Shown: positions 28,180 to 37,402 of the stretch, piece after piece
How positions within the stretch are numbered: position 1 is the first letter of the stretch
Layout of the letters: the number at the start of each line of letters is the position of its first letter
IMG/VR virus record: IMGVR_UViG_3300021411_000003
Location: 1-45,578 of that record
Strand: one strand, 5' to 3'
Length of the DNA: 45,578 nucleotides
Source: a virus
Taxonomy: Duplodnaviria > Caudoviricetes
Notes under the pieces: model-generated
The model's database searches: none
Told to the model about the DNA's origin: nothing
Seen by the model: only the letters and a program-made list of their open reading frames with translations
Program-made: the position numbers and the translations under genes

Positions 28180-28408
28180 ATTGATATCCTCTAAAAAGTC
28201 TGAAACGATATTGGTTATATGTAGAATTTATTGGCCAATTCCATGGTGTATCATGATATGGCAATATAACAATTATTGGAGGATTATTGTATACTGGAAT
28301 ATATTTGTATTGTCTAGAGACTAATCCGTTGTAAGTTTCTTGACTAATCTTATTCTGGCATAACACTGGACTTGTTAAAATTAGAACTATAATTAATGTT
28401 TTCATCAA
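28073..28408 (-). CDS. Hypothetical protein with N-terminal signal-like segment
   Basis: Coupled start; 3' end overlaps the next gene by about 107 nt, so boundaries are uncertain. Confidence 0.35.
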   Translation of the reverse strand: MMKTLIIVLILTSPVLCQNKISQETYNGLVSRQYKYIPVYNNPPIIVILPYHDTPWNWPINSTYNQYRFRLFRGYQYDFLGYQTQSFKQVYAFNEKRQRIQPLESRRIKRH

Positions 28409-28596
28409 TTTATTCCTGGACCCTTAGTGAATGTACCAACAGCTTTAACTTTAGCCTTATCCCAATTTACAGGCATAACACCATGCCATGCACCATCATT
28501 AGCACGAGCAAATGCTTCTTGCTCATCTATTCCTACAACTTTAAGAACAACATGAACTTCAACAATAGCCTCAACATAGTATATATGCTTTTTCAT
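28405..28596 (-). CDS. Hypothetical protein
   Basis: 63-aa coupled ORF. Confidence 0.55.
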   Translation of the reverse strand: MKKHIYYVEAIVEVHVVLKVVGIDEQEAFARANDGAWHGVMPVNWDKAKVKAVGTFTKGPGIN

Positions 28597-28796
28597 TTTT
28601 CACCTATGTCAGTTATGATAGCACAATGTGCTGGATTATTTACATACATATTCATTGAAAATATAATATATGTTACAAATTCACTATCTGTTAGTTTAGC
28701 TGTATCTAACAGTAGATTTTCCACAAGAGAATCTAATTTGACTGTTGACGCAATAGAGGCTGATAAGACTGATTTTAAGAATGATCTTCTATCCAT
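28593..28796 (-). CDS. Twin-arginine-motif protein whose C-terminus resembles the major capsid C-terminus
   Basis: MDRRSFLK; YIIFSMNMYVNNPAHCAIITDI vs MCP YLVCGMQFFVNNPAATAYIDDL; GAGG SD. Confidence 0.65.
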   Translation of the reverse strand: MDRRSFLKSVLSASIASTVKLDSLVENLLLDTAKLTDSEFVTYIIFSMNMYVNNPAHCAIITDIGEK

Positions 28797-28802
28797 AAAA
28801 CC

Positions 28803-28982
28803 TCAGAATGGAATGTCATCATCTTCCATAAACGGATATTTAGGTTGAGCTAATCTTTCTTGAGCAGTCTTGATAGATATTTCAAGCTGAGACTCTAAAC
28901 TATCAAAGTCATTAGCTTCAATTCTATCTCTCAGCCTGAATAGACCATCTTTCCAAACGGTCATAATAAGTTCAATTTTCAT
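28803..28982 (-). CDS. 59-aa protein ending in an SSB-type acidic tail (not in ORF track)
   Basis: MKIELIMTVWKDGLFRLRDRIEANDFDSLESQLEISIKTAQERLAQPKYPFMEDDDIPF; ATGA overlap with the upstream stop. Confidence 0.65.
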   Translation of the reverse strand: MKIELIMTVWKDGLFRLRDRIEANDFDSLESQLEISIKTAQERLAQPKYPFMEDDDIPF

Positions 28983-29230
28983 GGCTCTAACATTTCATAA
29001 AGCTTAATATCTGGCTCTATGCCTTCAAATCTTGCTAAGTACTTTATACATTCCTTAGCAGCCTCACTATACTCTTTAGTAATATTCCAATCATCACATT
29101 GACCAACTCTATAGGTATCCCATATTTTATCTCGTAGTCTCTTAGGCAAAGTAAACCAATGAGACTTACACATAAACATTTCAGGTGGCACTCTAACATT
29201 ACAGTTAGTTGCATGACATGTATGAGCCAT
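28979..29230 (-). CDS. Small Zn-finger-like protein
   Basis: HTCHATNC...MFMCKSHWFTLP. Confidence 0.65.
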   Translation of the reverse strand: MAHTCHATNCNVRVPPEMFMCKSHWFTLPKRLRDKIWDTYRVGQCDDWNITKEYSEAAKECIKYLARFEGIEPDIKLYEMLEP

Positions 29231-31692
29231 TATATTTTCATCTTATGCATCTCACCATAATTAGTATCTGAGAACTCAATATCACATGGGATAATCAATG
29301 TATAATCACGCTTTAAACTGCAATACGTCCTGAAGTCAATTGGAGCTACAAAATGCTTTCTCATGAGATGAGCATATGGTTCCCAGTTATTAGCTGGAAC
29401 TTGCATCTTTAATGAATCATGATCTTCACTTAACCACATTACAGCACTATCACCATTTAATTCGTCATCAATTTTGAGAGCCGCACCTTGTACAAGATGT
29501 GCAACAGTCCTTTGCGGTATATTGGCATATCCCTCCTTATATAACTCATCATCCATTCGTCCATTAAAGATTCTAATTCCCCCGAAGGGATCAATAATTG
29601 TCCTTGTGGACTCAAGACAGTTCTGTATATCTTTGTGGAATTTCCCTCTAATCTTTGGACTTGCTGCATGGAATAAATCAAGCATTTGGCCAGCACGCCA
29701 CTCAGATATAGACATAGCAATATCAAACTTCTGAGCGTCAGTGTTAAACTCAACCATAAAACGATTCTTACCCATGTCATAATTACCAGCATGTCTAGTC
29801 TTCTTTCCACAGAATCGCTCAGGTCCATCTTTCTCAAGTATGTCAACGACTGGAATCATACCAACTGATAAATTTAAATCTCTTGTATAGCTGAAGATTA
29901 AACCAGCTGTACGACGATGTATATCAACCTTATCAAATGCCTCTAATAGCTGCCAATCTTCTGATAGAACGGCTACTACTCTTGCTTCCGCTTGGCTACT
30001 ATCGGCTCCAATGAAGACCGTTCCTTTATCTGGAATGAACATTGAACGAATGTCTTGCGCAAGCCTGCCATGCTTAGATATGGTGTGAAATGCCAAACCA
30101 ATTTTCTTCGGCCTAATTGGCTTTTTAAGGATTCCAGTACTAGAGCGACAAGTTTCTGTTGCTGAGATATTGAAAGAACTTTTGCAGCGTCCATCGTAGT
30201 CTGGGCTAAAATTGATATATCTACTCTTTTGAGTCCTAATACGTCTTTCCTCAAGTATGTTCGTGAGGATATCTTTCTTTTCTTTTGTTTTCGCATGATT
30301 CCCCAATAAAGCTACAATGGTATCTTCAGATGTTGGATTACGTTTCATTGCTTTAAACTTCATCTCTTTATACAGGAGATTAAACATCTGAGGATAACTA
30401 TTTACGTTTACTTCATATCCAACCAATTCAGCTATCTTATCATGTTGAACCTTAGCCATCTCAGTATACTTCTTGGCTAGTTCTCGTTTCTTAGCCATAT
30501 CAACACGAAAGCCGTTGTTCTCCATCTTCAGATAGAACTTGTGCTTACGCATCATGTAGTCATAATAATAACTCTTCAAATTAATATTATGAGCGGCTCC
30601 AAGTTCAATTAAGTCTTTTTCTTGTTCTTCATCAACTTCAAATGTAACAGCACAATCTCTAGCATTATACTTAAAGAACTTCTCTACGTTGAATCTCTTT
30701 CCTATCTTTTCTTCTTTACCATCTTCTTTATAATACGGTTCACGAGTCCATAAAGAGCTTTGGTCATTAAGCCGTTTCTTCGGCATCTCTGGAAAAATGA
30801 CTCGTGTCTTTATAAGTGTATCAGAATAGATATTTGGTAATTCAAACCCAATCCGACTAAGTTTGTACTCGTCATATTTGATGTTTTGACCAATAAGCTT
30901 AAGTCTACGTAACTGCACATCTATTAATCTCCATATCTCATCTAATTCGTGGTCTCCCATATCAGTAAGCTTATGCTTCCCGATGGAGCGTAATAGAGGC
31001 ACCGATATGGCATGTGATTTATTGAACGCAAAACCGACACATACAGGAATGCAATTAATCGACTCGATATCAGCCGTTGCTTTATCCAAGTGTTTGTATT
31101 TATCGAAGAATCTGTACAAATCCAATGAACTGTGACATACATCGAGTTGTCTATCTGGTAAACATAATGATCTAGTCTTAGATTCCTCGACAGCTCTTGT
31201 GAAATCATGTTCAATAAGTTTGAGATATGTATACTCAAGTCCACCTTTATCTCCCCTGTTGAACAGAGCGGCTGGATGTATTGTTGGAACTACTTTCGTA
31301 ACTCCATCTTTAGCTAGTAATATTGAACCGCGGTAATTCAAAATTCCTGAAAATCCGGTAACGGCTTGTAACGCTTCATCACCAATAGCTAAAATGCATT
31401 TAGGCTTACGTAATGAGATTTCTTCATCCCATAGAGCTTGAATTGATTTTGTCAAGTCAACATCTATAAGATGAAGTTTAGTAAAATCATTAAACGGCGG
31501 CTGATACTTAACTACATTGGTTATATAGACTTCACTTCTTCGCGTCCCAGCTTTACGAAAACAATCATTAACAATTTCACCTGATGGTCCTACGAATGGT
31601 ACTCCAGCTATATTTTCCTGTGAACCTGGTGCTTCGCCAATTGCCATCAAATCTGGCTCTAATGGTCCTATTCCTCCAACGTAATTAGGCAT
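29230..31692 (-). CDS. polA: Family A DNA polymerase with N-terminal uracil-DNA glycosylase (family 4-like) domain
   Basis: UDG motifs GEAPG, PFVGPSG, YITNVVK, HPAA; 3'-5' exonuclease DIES, QNIKYD, YNARD; pol motif A DSSQAEAR, motif B RFCGKKTRHAGNY, motif C HDSL. Confidence 0.92.
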   Translation of the reverse strand: MPNYVGGIGPLEPDLMAIGEAPGSQENIAGVPFVGPSGEIVNDCFRKAGTRRSEVYITNVVKYQPPFNDFTKLHLIDVDLTKSIQALWDEEISLRKPKCILAIGDEALQAVTGFSGILNYRGSILLAKDGVTKVVPTIHPAALFNRGDKGGLEYTYLKLIEHDFTRAVEESKTRSLCLPDRQLDVCHSSLDLYRFFDKYKHLDKATADIESINCIPVCVGFAFNKSHAISVPLLRSIGKHKLTDMGDHELDEIWRLIDVQLRRLKLIGQNIKYDEYKLSRIGFELPNIYSDTLIKTRVIFPEMPKKRLNDQSSLWTREPYYKEDGKEEKIGKRFNVEKFFKYNARDCAVTFEVDEEQEKDLIELGAAHNINLKSYYYDYMMRKHKFYLKMENNGFRVDMAKKRELAKKYTEMAKVQHDKIAELVGYEVNVNSYPQMFNLLYKEMKFKAMKRNPTSEDTIVALLGNHAKTKEKKDILTNILEERRIRTQKSRYINFSPDYDGRCKSSFNISATETCRSSTGILKKPIRPKKIGLAFHTISKHGRLAQDIRSMFIPDKGTVFIGADSSQAEARVVAVLSEDWQLLEAFDKVDIHRRTAGLIFSYTRDLNLSVGMIPVVDILEKDGPERFCGKKTRHAGNYDMGKNRFMVEFNTDAQKFDIAMSISEWRAGQMLDLFHAASPKIRGKFHKDIQNCLESTRTIIDPFGGIRIFNGRMDDELYKEGYANIPQRTVAHLVQGAALKIDDELNGDSAVMWLSEDHDSLKMQVPANNWEPYAHLMRKHFVAPIDFRTYCSLKRDYTLIIPCDIEFSDTNYGEMHKMKI

Positions 31693-32007
31693 CAGGCTTC
31701 GCCTGGTTTTTCAGCTACTTTATAAACATCAATTCTCTTACCACACTTTAGACATATCTGAAATATACCTATATTGCTTTCTATCCTAGCTACAAAGTGC
31801 TCACAATAATTCGGTCTAATTCTATCTGGATGACTGGGCATTTTTATGGCTCATCAAAAATGATAATATATTTGGTAACAATAGCAACTGAATGTCCCAA
31901 GTCTAATGTCTCTTCTGGCAATATAAATCTCACAATCATACCAGCTTCTTCTAAACGTCTAACTTCTTCCAATAAATTAAACTTATCTATATGATAATGT
32001 ATAGGCA

Positions 32008-32280
32008 TTATATTTCACCTAATCTCATTTCACGTTCTTTATCTCTTACAAATTCAAGTGCATCACGCATGGAGTTGCAGCGTCTTAATTGTTTCTCGTG
32101 AGTCTTAAACCAACTAGCTAATAGCAAATCCTGAGAGACTGAGCCTATAGAACGATTCAAGGCATCAGCCGTCTTCTGAATCGTCCAATGAGGCTCATCC
32201 TTACACTGAGACACATGAAATCTACGGACTTCAATAGCTCTGTCAAGCCAGTTAAGTTTAACCAGCGGATGAGTCATCAA
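32008..32280 (-). CDS. Helix-turn-helix DNA-binding protein
   Basis: WTIQKTADALNRSIGSVSQDL. Confidence 0.65.
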   Translation of the reverse strand: MMTHPLVKLNWLDRAIEVRRFHVSQCKDEPHWTIQKTADALNRSIGSVSQDLLLASWFKTHEKQLRRCNSMRDALEFVRDKEREMRLGEI

Positions 32281-32507
32281 CTCTTTCTAAACCTATACAT
32301 GTCGTTCTCTGTAATTCTATCAATGGCTGAAGGCTCAACTTCATTATCTTTAGCCTTTTCTGCATCTCTATCAGCTTTACTTCGTCCTTGAGAATCTCTA
32401 GTACCTCTGCAATTAGGGAATTTAGAACAACCCCAGAATGTCCCATATTGACCTTTCCTGCTAACCATTTTCTCATTACATTCAGGACATAAAGTTTCTT
32501 CTATCAT
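32277..32507 (-). CDS. Topoisomerase-type C4 zinc-finger protein
   Basis: CPEC...MVSRKGQYGTFWGCSKFPNC. Confidence 0.85.
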   Translation of the reverse strand: MIEETLCPECNEKMVSRKGQYGTFWGCSKFPNCRGTRDSQGRSKADRDAEKAKDNEVEPSAIDRITENDMYRFRKS

Positions 32508-32672
32508 TATTCATCCTCTTTATCATCAATATCGCTAGCCTCTGATGGAAGGTACTCAGCGGCTCGAACTATACCTCTAATCTCCTTAATTAATTCTTCA
32601 GCATTTCCTATTAAATCTTCAAGTTTAATATACAAATCATTACATTGCTTAACGACTTCTTCTTTAGTCATT

Positions 32673-33143
32673 TCATTTACCTTTCTCTATCCAATATTTA
32701 TGTCTAGCTTCCCTCTTACACTGCCTACACCATTTGTAAATTTTACCATCATGACTAGTATAAATATATAGATTAGTTTTAGAATGACCACATGGTAATT
32801 CTACTAGCTTACTAACTCTATCTTCCATATTGGCTTTTTGATTTCCAACATACAAATGTTCATAATTAAAGAAATGTTTATTTGGACATTCTCTCTTATG
32901 ATTAACTTGTAAACTGCTTCCTAAAATATAACCTAGATACAAATACGCTGATAGCTGATGCACACTGTAGTTTTTGGATTTGTAAGATGTTCTACCATAT
33001 CCATTAGATTCAATATGGCCAATAAACAACCAACAACCTGTAGGTTCTTCAATTCTCCTTAATTTTAATAGCTTAGATTCTAATCTACTTCTTAGAATCC
33101 TCTCTACCTGTTCTGGAGATTGCCTATCTCTACGTATGTGCAT
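32673..33143 (-). CDS. HNH homing endonuclease-like protein
   Basis: GCWLFIG...GYG...VHQLS...VNH...HLYVGNQKANM, C-terminal CRQC. Confidence 0.85.
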   Translation of the reverse strand: MHIRRDRQSPEQVERILRSRLESKLLKLRRIEEPTGCWLFIGHIESNGYGRTSYKSKNYSVHQLSAYLYLGYILGSSLQVNHKRECPNKHFFNYEHLYVGNQKANMEDRVSKLVELPCGHSKTNLYIYTSHDGKIYKWCRQCKREARHKYWIEKGK

Positions 33144-33192
33144 CAGCTATCCTACTAACACGATAGATACATGTAATTTTACATGTATTTTT

Positions 33193-33579
33193 CTAGCTTA
33201 GGGGCATAAAGTCGACCACGTCATTGAATTCATTACCCTTGTTGCTCTTACCACGCTTGATATAACCCTTAACCTTCTTACCAATCTGAGCTTTAAACGA
33301 CTCAGAATTAAGTTGAGTGTCATATCCCTTAACTGGATCAGGTGGTCCAAATAGAATTGCCCAAAGAGACTTGCCAAATCCCAAAGCCTTCTCATTGAAT
33401 AGCTTTGTTGGTGCAACTCCCTTATTGGGACCATCAAAGATTTTGAATTTAAAGATACAATTGGTGCTACCATCTGTATCTGCTTCTTTCTCCTCATAAT
33501 CAATGATTTCCATTGGATGCCAGCCAATTTCCGCCAAGTCACCCTTTTTTAGATCATCTGGTGTGAGTACTGCTCTCAT
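33193..33579 (-). CDS. DUF669-like single-stranded DNA-binding protein
   Basis: GWHPMEIIDYEEK...FKFKI...IGKKVKG...FNDV; follows the Sak4-like ATPase; ATGA coupling at 33579. Confidence 0.6.
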   Translation of the reverse strand: MRAVLTPDDLKKGDLAEIGWHPMEIIDYEEKEADTDGSTNCIFKFKIFDGPNKGVAPTKLFNEKALGFGKSLWAILFGPPDPVKGYDTQLNSESFKAQIGKKVKGYIKRGKSNKGNEFNDVVDFMPLS

Positions 33580-34502
33580 TCGTAAGCTCCCTTTTCTGCA
33601 TTCCACTTCGGATTGGTTGGATTAGATATCTCTTGTTTTACATCAGATTTGATAAATGGATTGATTGATGCATTTGGGTTAGAGAGTTTCTCATTTACTT
33701 CATTGGCTATTAATTCCTCCATATGTTGTTTAACTCGTTCTTTCCAAACCTCGTAGAAAAATCTGTCAGTAATATCTATCTCACCTTTGAGACCGATATT
33801 AGACTTAGCGAAGTCATCTCCAATAGCGTCAAACGAGACGCCATATTTAATCTTAGATTTACCAGTAGTGGTATCATAATCAGTACCTTTAGTGAAATGA
33901 TATATCTCTGAGAAGTTACCGGGGACGATACCGGCTACTTTACTACCATATGTTACAATTGGATTGACTTTAGTGACTTTAATTGATGCTCCAGAACCTT
34001 CAATTTTAATACCTGGAATTGGATGAGCCGTCCACAGGATGTGGCATGGAAGTGTGCGGCAAATATCTAATGCTTGAGTGACAATGCTAGTTTCAACCTT
34101 ATACTCATCAAAGTCTGGTACTATTCTATCTTTATCTTTCTTCTTGTTGTCTCTAAAGCCGAGACTCCAATTGACAGCGGCTGAAGTGAGGTTAGTTACT
34201 GAATCTGTACCAACTGCAAAATAACGACAGTCTTTAGATAACTCCATCAGCTTATTAAGATATACATTTGCATTGGCTGAACTATAGATATCATATTCTA
34301 TGTTGTTAAGAATCTTTCTGCCACGTTCACCATACTGCATGAAGAAAGTCTTAAGTTCTATAGGCTTCTTCTTATCAAAGTAAGCTAAATAGATTGGTCC
34401 TTCTAATGCGAATGTGGCTAGAGCTATAGTCTTGCCATGACCAAATGGAGCTTTGAGTAACAATGATGTGTTAGAGTCAACAATGATATCACTAGCTCTC
34501 AT
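33576..34502 (-). CDS. AAA_24 / Sak4-like ATPase (recombinase)
   Basis: APFGHGKT P-loop, DSVT Walker B, ILWTAH. Confidence 0.7.
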   Translation of the reverse strand: MRASDIIVDSNTSLLLKAPFGHGKTIALATFALEGPIYLAYFDKKKPIELKTFFMQYGERGRKILNNIEYDIYSSANANVYLNKLMELSKDCRYFAVGTDSVTNLTSAAVNWSLGFRDNKKKDKDRIVPDFDEYKVETSIVTQALDICRTLPCHILWTAHPIPGIKIEGSGASIKVTKVNPIVTYGSKVAGIVPGNFSEIYHFTKGTDYDTTTGKSKIKYGVSFDAIGDDFAKSNIGLKGEIDITDRFFYEVWKERVKQHMEELIANEVNEKLSNPNASINPFIKSDVKQEISNPTNPKWNAEKGAYE

Positions 34503-34753
34503 ACAAACCCCTCATCGAGAATATCATCAACTATCTCAGTTAATGCTTCTAATGCTAAAAGCAAACTCTCATCAAATGGCATACCACTAGCAACAACATT
34601 TAATATATAACCTTTAACATCTTTCATTTTATCTCTACGAGCGGCTCTATGGACACGTACCATATATGCACCATGTGGTTCACCATCTTCTCTATCGTAA
34701 CCTTTAGTGTCTAGCATTTCCAACCTCTGCTTCTCCATTGACAATTGATACAC
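34499..34753 (-). CDS. Hypothetical protein
   Basis: 84-aa ORF coupled to the ATPase. Confidence 0.45.
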   Translation of the reverse strand: MYQLSMEKQRLEMLDTKGYDREDGEPHGAYMVRVHRAARRDKMKDVKGYILNVVASGMPFDESLLLALEALTEIVDDILDEGFV

Positions 34754-34813
34754 TGGAGATAGATTCCATTTTTGTCATGTTCTGTAACTATAGTCCTATG
34801 CATACAAAATGGA

Positions 34814-35173
34814 TTAGATGTCATCTTCAACCGTAACTGTCGGTGAAACTTTAGCCAATCTATCCTTGAGATTATCTGTTTGACTTGCTGCAATCTCCGA
34901 TAAGATGTTTGTATTAGTTTTACTAATGTAGTGTTTCTTACCATCAGAATCTTTAACCTCTTTACGACCACAGTTATTGCAGTGTGGTCTAACGAGTTTA
35001 AGTGAATACTCATTCATGATGAAAGGTTCACCACAAATGTTACACAGAACTTCTTTACCTAAAGCGAATGGTGCTTCAACCTTAAAACTACAGTCTAGTG
35101 TGCAGAAATAGACTGCCATCCCAGTCTTATATTTATGCTTCTTAAATTTATGTATGTGCTTTCCTATTCCCAT
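34814..35173 (-). CDS. Zn-binding hypothetical protein
   Basis: HIHK...CTLDC...CNIC...CNNC. Confidence 0.6.
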   Translation of the reverse strand: MGIGKHIHKFKKHKYKTGMAVYFCTLDCSFKVEAPFALGKEVLCNICGEPFIMNEYSLKLVRPHCNNCGRKEVKDSDGKKHYISKTNTNILSEIAASQTDNLKDRLAKVSPTVTVEDDI

Positions 35174-35358
35174 TATATCTTATCCCGTAGAATTCTCTTA
35201 ACTGGATTCTTTATAAGCGTATCTCTTTTACTCTGACGACGAATCAATTCATCACTTACAAACTTAGTCTCAACACACTGAGAGCCACAGTATTTACATC
35301 TGTCAATGATGACTCTGACAACGGTATCACATGACCTACACAATGTTACTATTGCCAT
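35173..35358 (-). CDS. Small Zn-ribbon protein
   Basis: CRSC...CKYC. Confidence 0.5.
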   Translation of the reverse strand: MAIVTLCRSCDTVVRVIIDRCKYCGSQCVETKFVSDELIRRQSKRDTLIKNPVKRILRDKI

Positions 35359-35359
35359 T

Positions 35360-35563
35360 TTAACATTCGCATCTTTCTGGTAACTTCATGAACCAAGCCA
35401 TAAACTCACCATTAACAAGTATGTCTATACCTGGGCTACCATTGTTAAACTCTTTAATGGCATTGAAATCAGCTTCTCTAGTTGTTATAACTTTACTAGT
35501 TCCGAGAGCTTCATTCTTAATCTGCTCAAGTATACAGAAATTACATGTTTTAAATGATGTCAC
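35360..35563 (-). CDS. Hypothetical protein
   Basis: CNFC...AWFMKLPERCEC. Confidence 0.55.
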   Translation of the reverse strand: MTSFKTCNFCILEQIKNEALGTSKVITTREADFNAIKEFNNGSPGIDILVNGEFMAWFMKLPERCEC

Positions 35564-36462
35564 TTATTAGCTTCTTTCTTACTATCTTCCAGAACTTCAG
35601 ATGATTTACGTAATACTTTAGTCACATCCCATGGTTCAATCTTTATATAATTAGTGTTTAACTTGAAATTCTTAGCTTCCTCACCAGAAGATTCACAAAT
35701 TTCATAATACTCACATCTACGATTGAACTTGTCACAGGATGTTTCATTAGTCGGCCAATAACCTTCAGCCTCACATTGAATGTAATGGAATATATTAGCT
35801 ATTACATTCTTTTTCCATGACTCAAACACTAGATGGTCATAGCTAACTGGTACTCTTAAGAATTTCTCATGTGGCTTCAAAGTTTTCTGTAAGCCAATCC
35901 TATTAACGACTAAGATATTAGATTGAGCTACAATACAGTAGTTCTTGAATTGATTACTTAGACTATTAACTGGTCCGCTTCTGCTGAAACTTTTGTGATC
36001 GTATGGTTGGTTGTCGTATTTGTTGTCCCGAATACGTAAATCTATCTTACCGGCTAGATGTATTCTAACTTCCTCATCTTCATACAATAGATAGATGAAT
36101 GGTTCTTCCACTCCTAATATTTCAAATGACTGGTCAGCTACTTGCCAATATTCAAAGTATTCTTCCATCGTATCAATGAGTCTATTAGCTTCATCATTGT
36201 CAAGATTAGATTCAAGTACGAAGGCTTCTTTAAGTTTCAGTAATGCTGAGTTAACAGCATAGTCATACTTTGCACCAGACCTTAATGACTCATAATATGT
36301 TTCACATGCTATATGGATTAGTGTACCACGGTCTAGTGCATCAGTCTTGGCTATATGTTTAGGCAGTTCCAGATTAAGTTTGTATCTATTTCTAAATCTA
36401 AATGGACATAACAAGAACATATCATATTGTGACATATCCATTACTATATTGAGTTTAGCCAT
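35560..36462 (-). CDS. Cas4-like PD-(D/E)XK exonuclease
   Basis: CPFRF, RGTLIH, GVEE, GKIDL...DHKS, Q...Y, C-terminal C...C..YEIC. Confidence 0.85.
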   Translation of the reverse strand: MAKLNIVMDMSQYDMFLLCPFRFRNRYKLNLELPKHIAKTDALDRGTLIHIACETYYESLRSGAKYDYAVNSALLKLKEAFVLESNLDNDEANRLIDTMEEYFEYWQVADQSFEILGVEEPFIYLLYEDEEVRIHLAGKIDLRIRDNKYDNQPYDHKSFSRSGPVNSLSNQFKNYCIVAQSNILVVNRIGLQKTLKPHEKFLRVPVSYDHLVFESWKKNVIANIFHYIQCEAEGYWPTNETSCDKFNRRCEYYEICESSGEEAKNFKLNTNYIKIEPWDVTKVLRKSSEVLEDSKKEANK

Positions 36463-37102
36463 TGTTAATCCTATTATCAAACATCAAGCTTCTGTAAATC
36501 TTATTCACAAAGTTACTATATTCCAAGTCATCTTTAATTGTGAATTGTGCTAATTCTTCTGTCTGGTCTGGAACTATGTCATACTTAGATACTCGATTAA
36601 TTGTAACTGTAAAACTACCATCAGTCTCAGCATGTTTGAATACTTTTAATTCAGTTCCAGTCAATATAGGCTTAGGTGGCTCAGGTGGTCTTTCACGTTC
36701 AATTACCTGATTAATAGCCAGTACAGGCATCATCAATCTAGAACTGCTAGCGGCTGGAATAGGTTCTTTTGTATGATTATCACAGAAGTATATCTTTCCA
36801 TCTTTAACTTCTATGCATACAAAATGTCTTGGAACTGTAATGATATATATCCCATTCATTTTGACTAATGTAGTCAATGACCTATATAGAGAACCTTGTG
36901 GTGATATTGTTCTAGTATCAAATCCCATTCTATCAGCGGCTTTCAACAAATCACTCAGTTGTACTCCAGTTACATTGTGTTGTCCATTAATTCTACTAAT
37001 GACTTGAGCACACTCATCTGTAAATTTACCTGTTAAGATTGACAATACAGTAGGACCACAGAATTTGTTAAATCCTTCAGTTACCGGCTTAAGATTTGTC
37101 AT
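36455..37102 (-). CDS. Papain-like (peptidase C39-like) domain protein
   Basis: FCGPTVL (Cys), RHFVCI (His), YFCDN (Asp). Confidence 0.5.
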   Translation of the reverse strand: MTNLKPVTEGFNKFCGPTVLSILTGKFTDECAQVISRINGQHNVTGVQLSDLLKAADRMGFDTRTISPQGSLYRSLTTLVKMNGIYIITVPRHFVCIEVKDGKIYFCDNHTKEPIPAASSSRLMMPVLAINQVIERERPPEPPKPILTGTELKVFKHAETDGSFTVTINRVSKYDIVPDQTEELAQFTIKDDLEYSNFVNKIYRSLMFDNRINNG

Positions 37103-37219
37103 TTAATTCTCTCTCAATAACTTTAATACTAGTTCTACAATTTACGTATAAGGCATCTGTCTTACACTTACGAGCTAATGCTTCTAGAAGTTCTTTAATC
37201 AACCGAAGTTCATCTTTTG

Positions 37220-37402
37220 TCATACAATCATTATTACTTTCAGTATTTTTTCAGGTTCAATTAAAACTTCAATAACATTGTTTTCCATATCTAGAATAAC
37301 AAACTCTTGAGTATCTGTTTCGTAAGTGACATGACAATCTTGATAGCTCACTTCATTAGTATGTCCTTCAGCATCTATCAAATACTCTATTACAGTTTCC
37401 AT
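37220..37402 (-). CDS. Small acidic hypothetical protein
   Basis: 60 aa, very acidic. Confidence 0.5.
   Translation of the reverse strand: METVIEYLIDAEGHTNEVSYQDCHVTYETDTQEFVILDMENNVIEVLIEPEKILKVIMIV

Noticed and set aside
35173-35358. DELIRRQ resembling MCP DELRRQ as a third capsid mimic
   Set aside because: Too short and needs a gap; compatible with chance.
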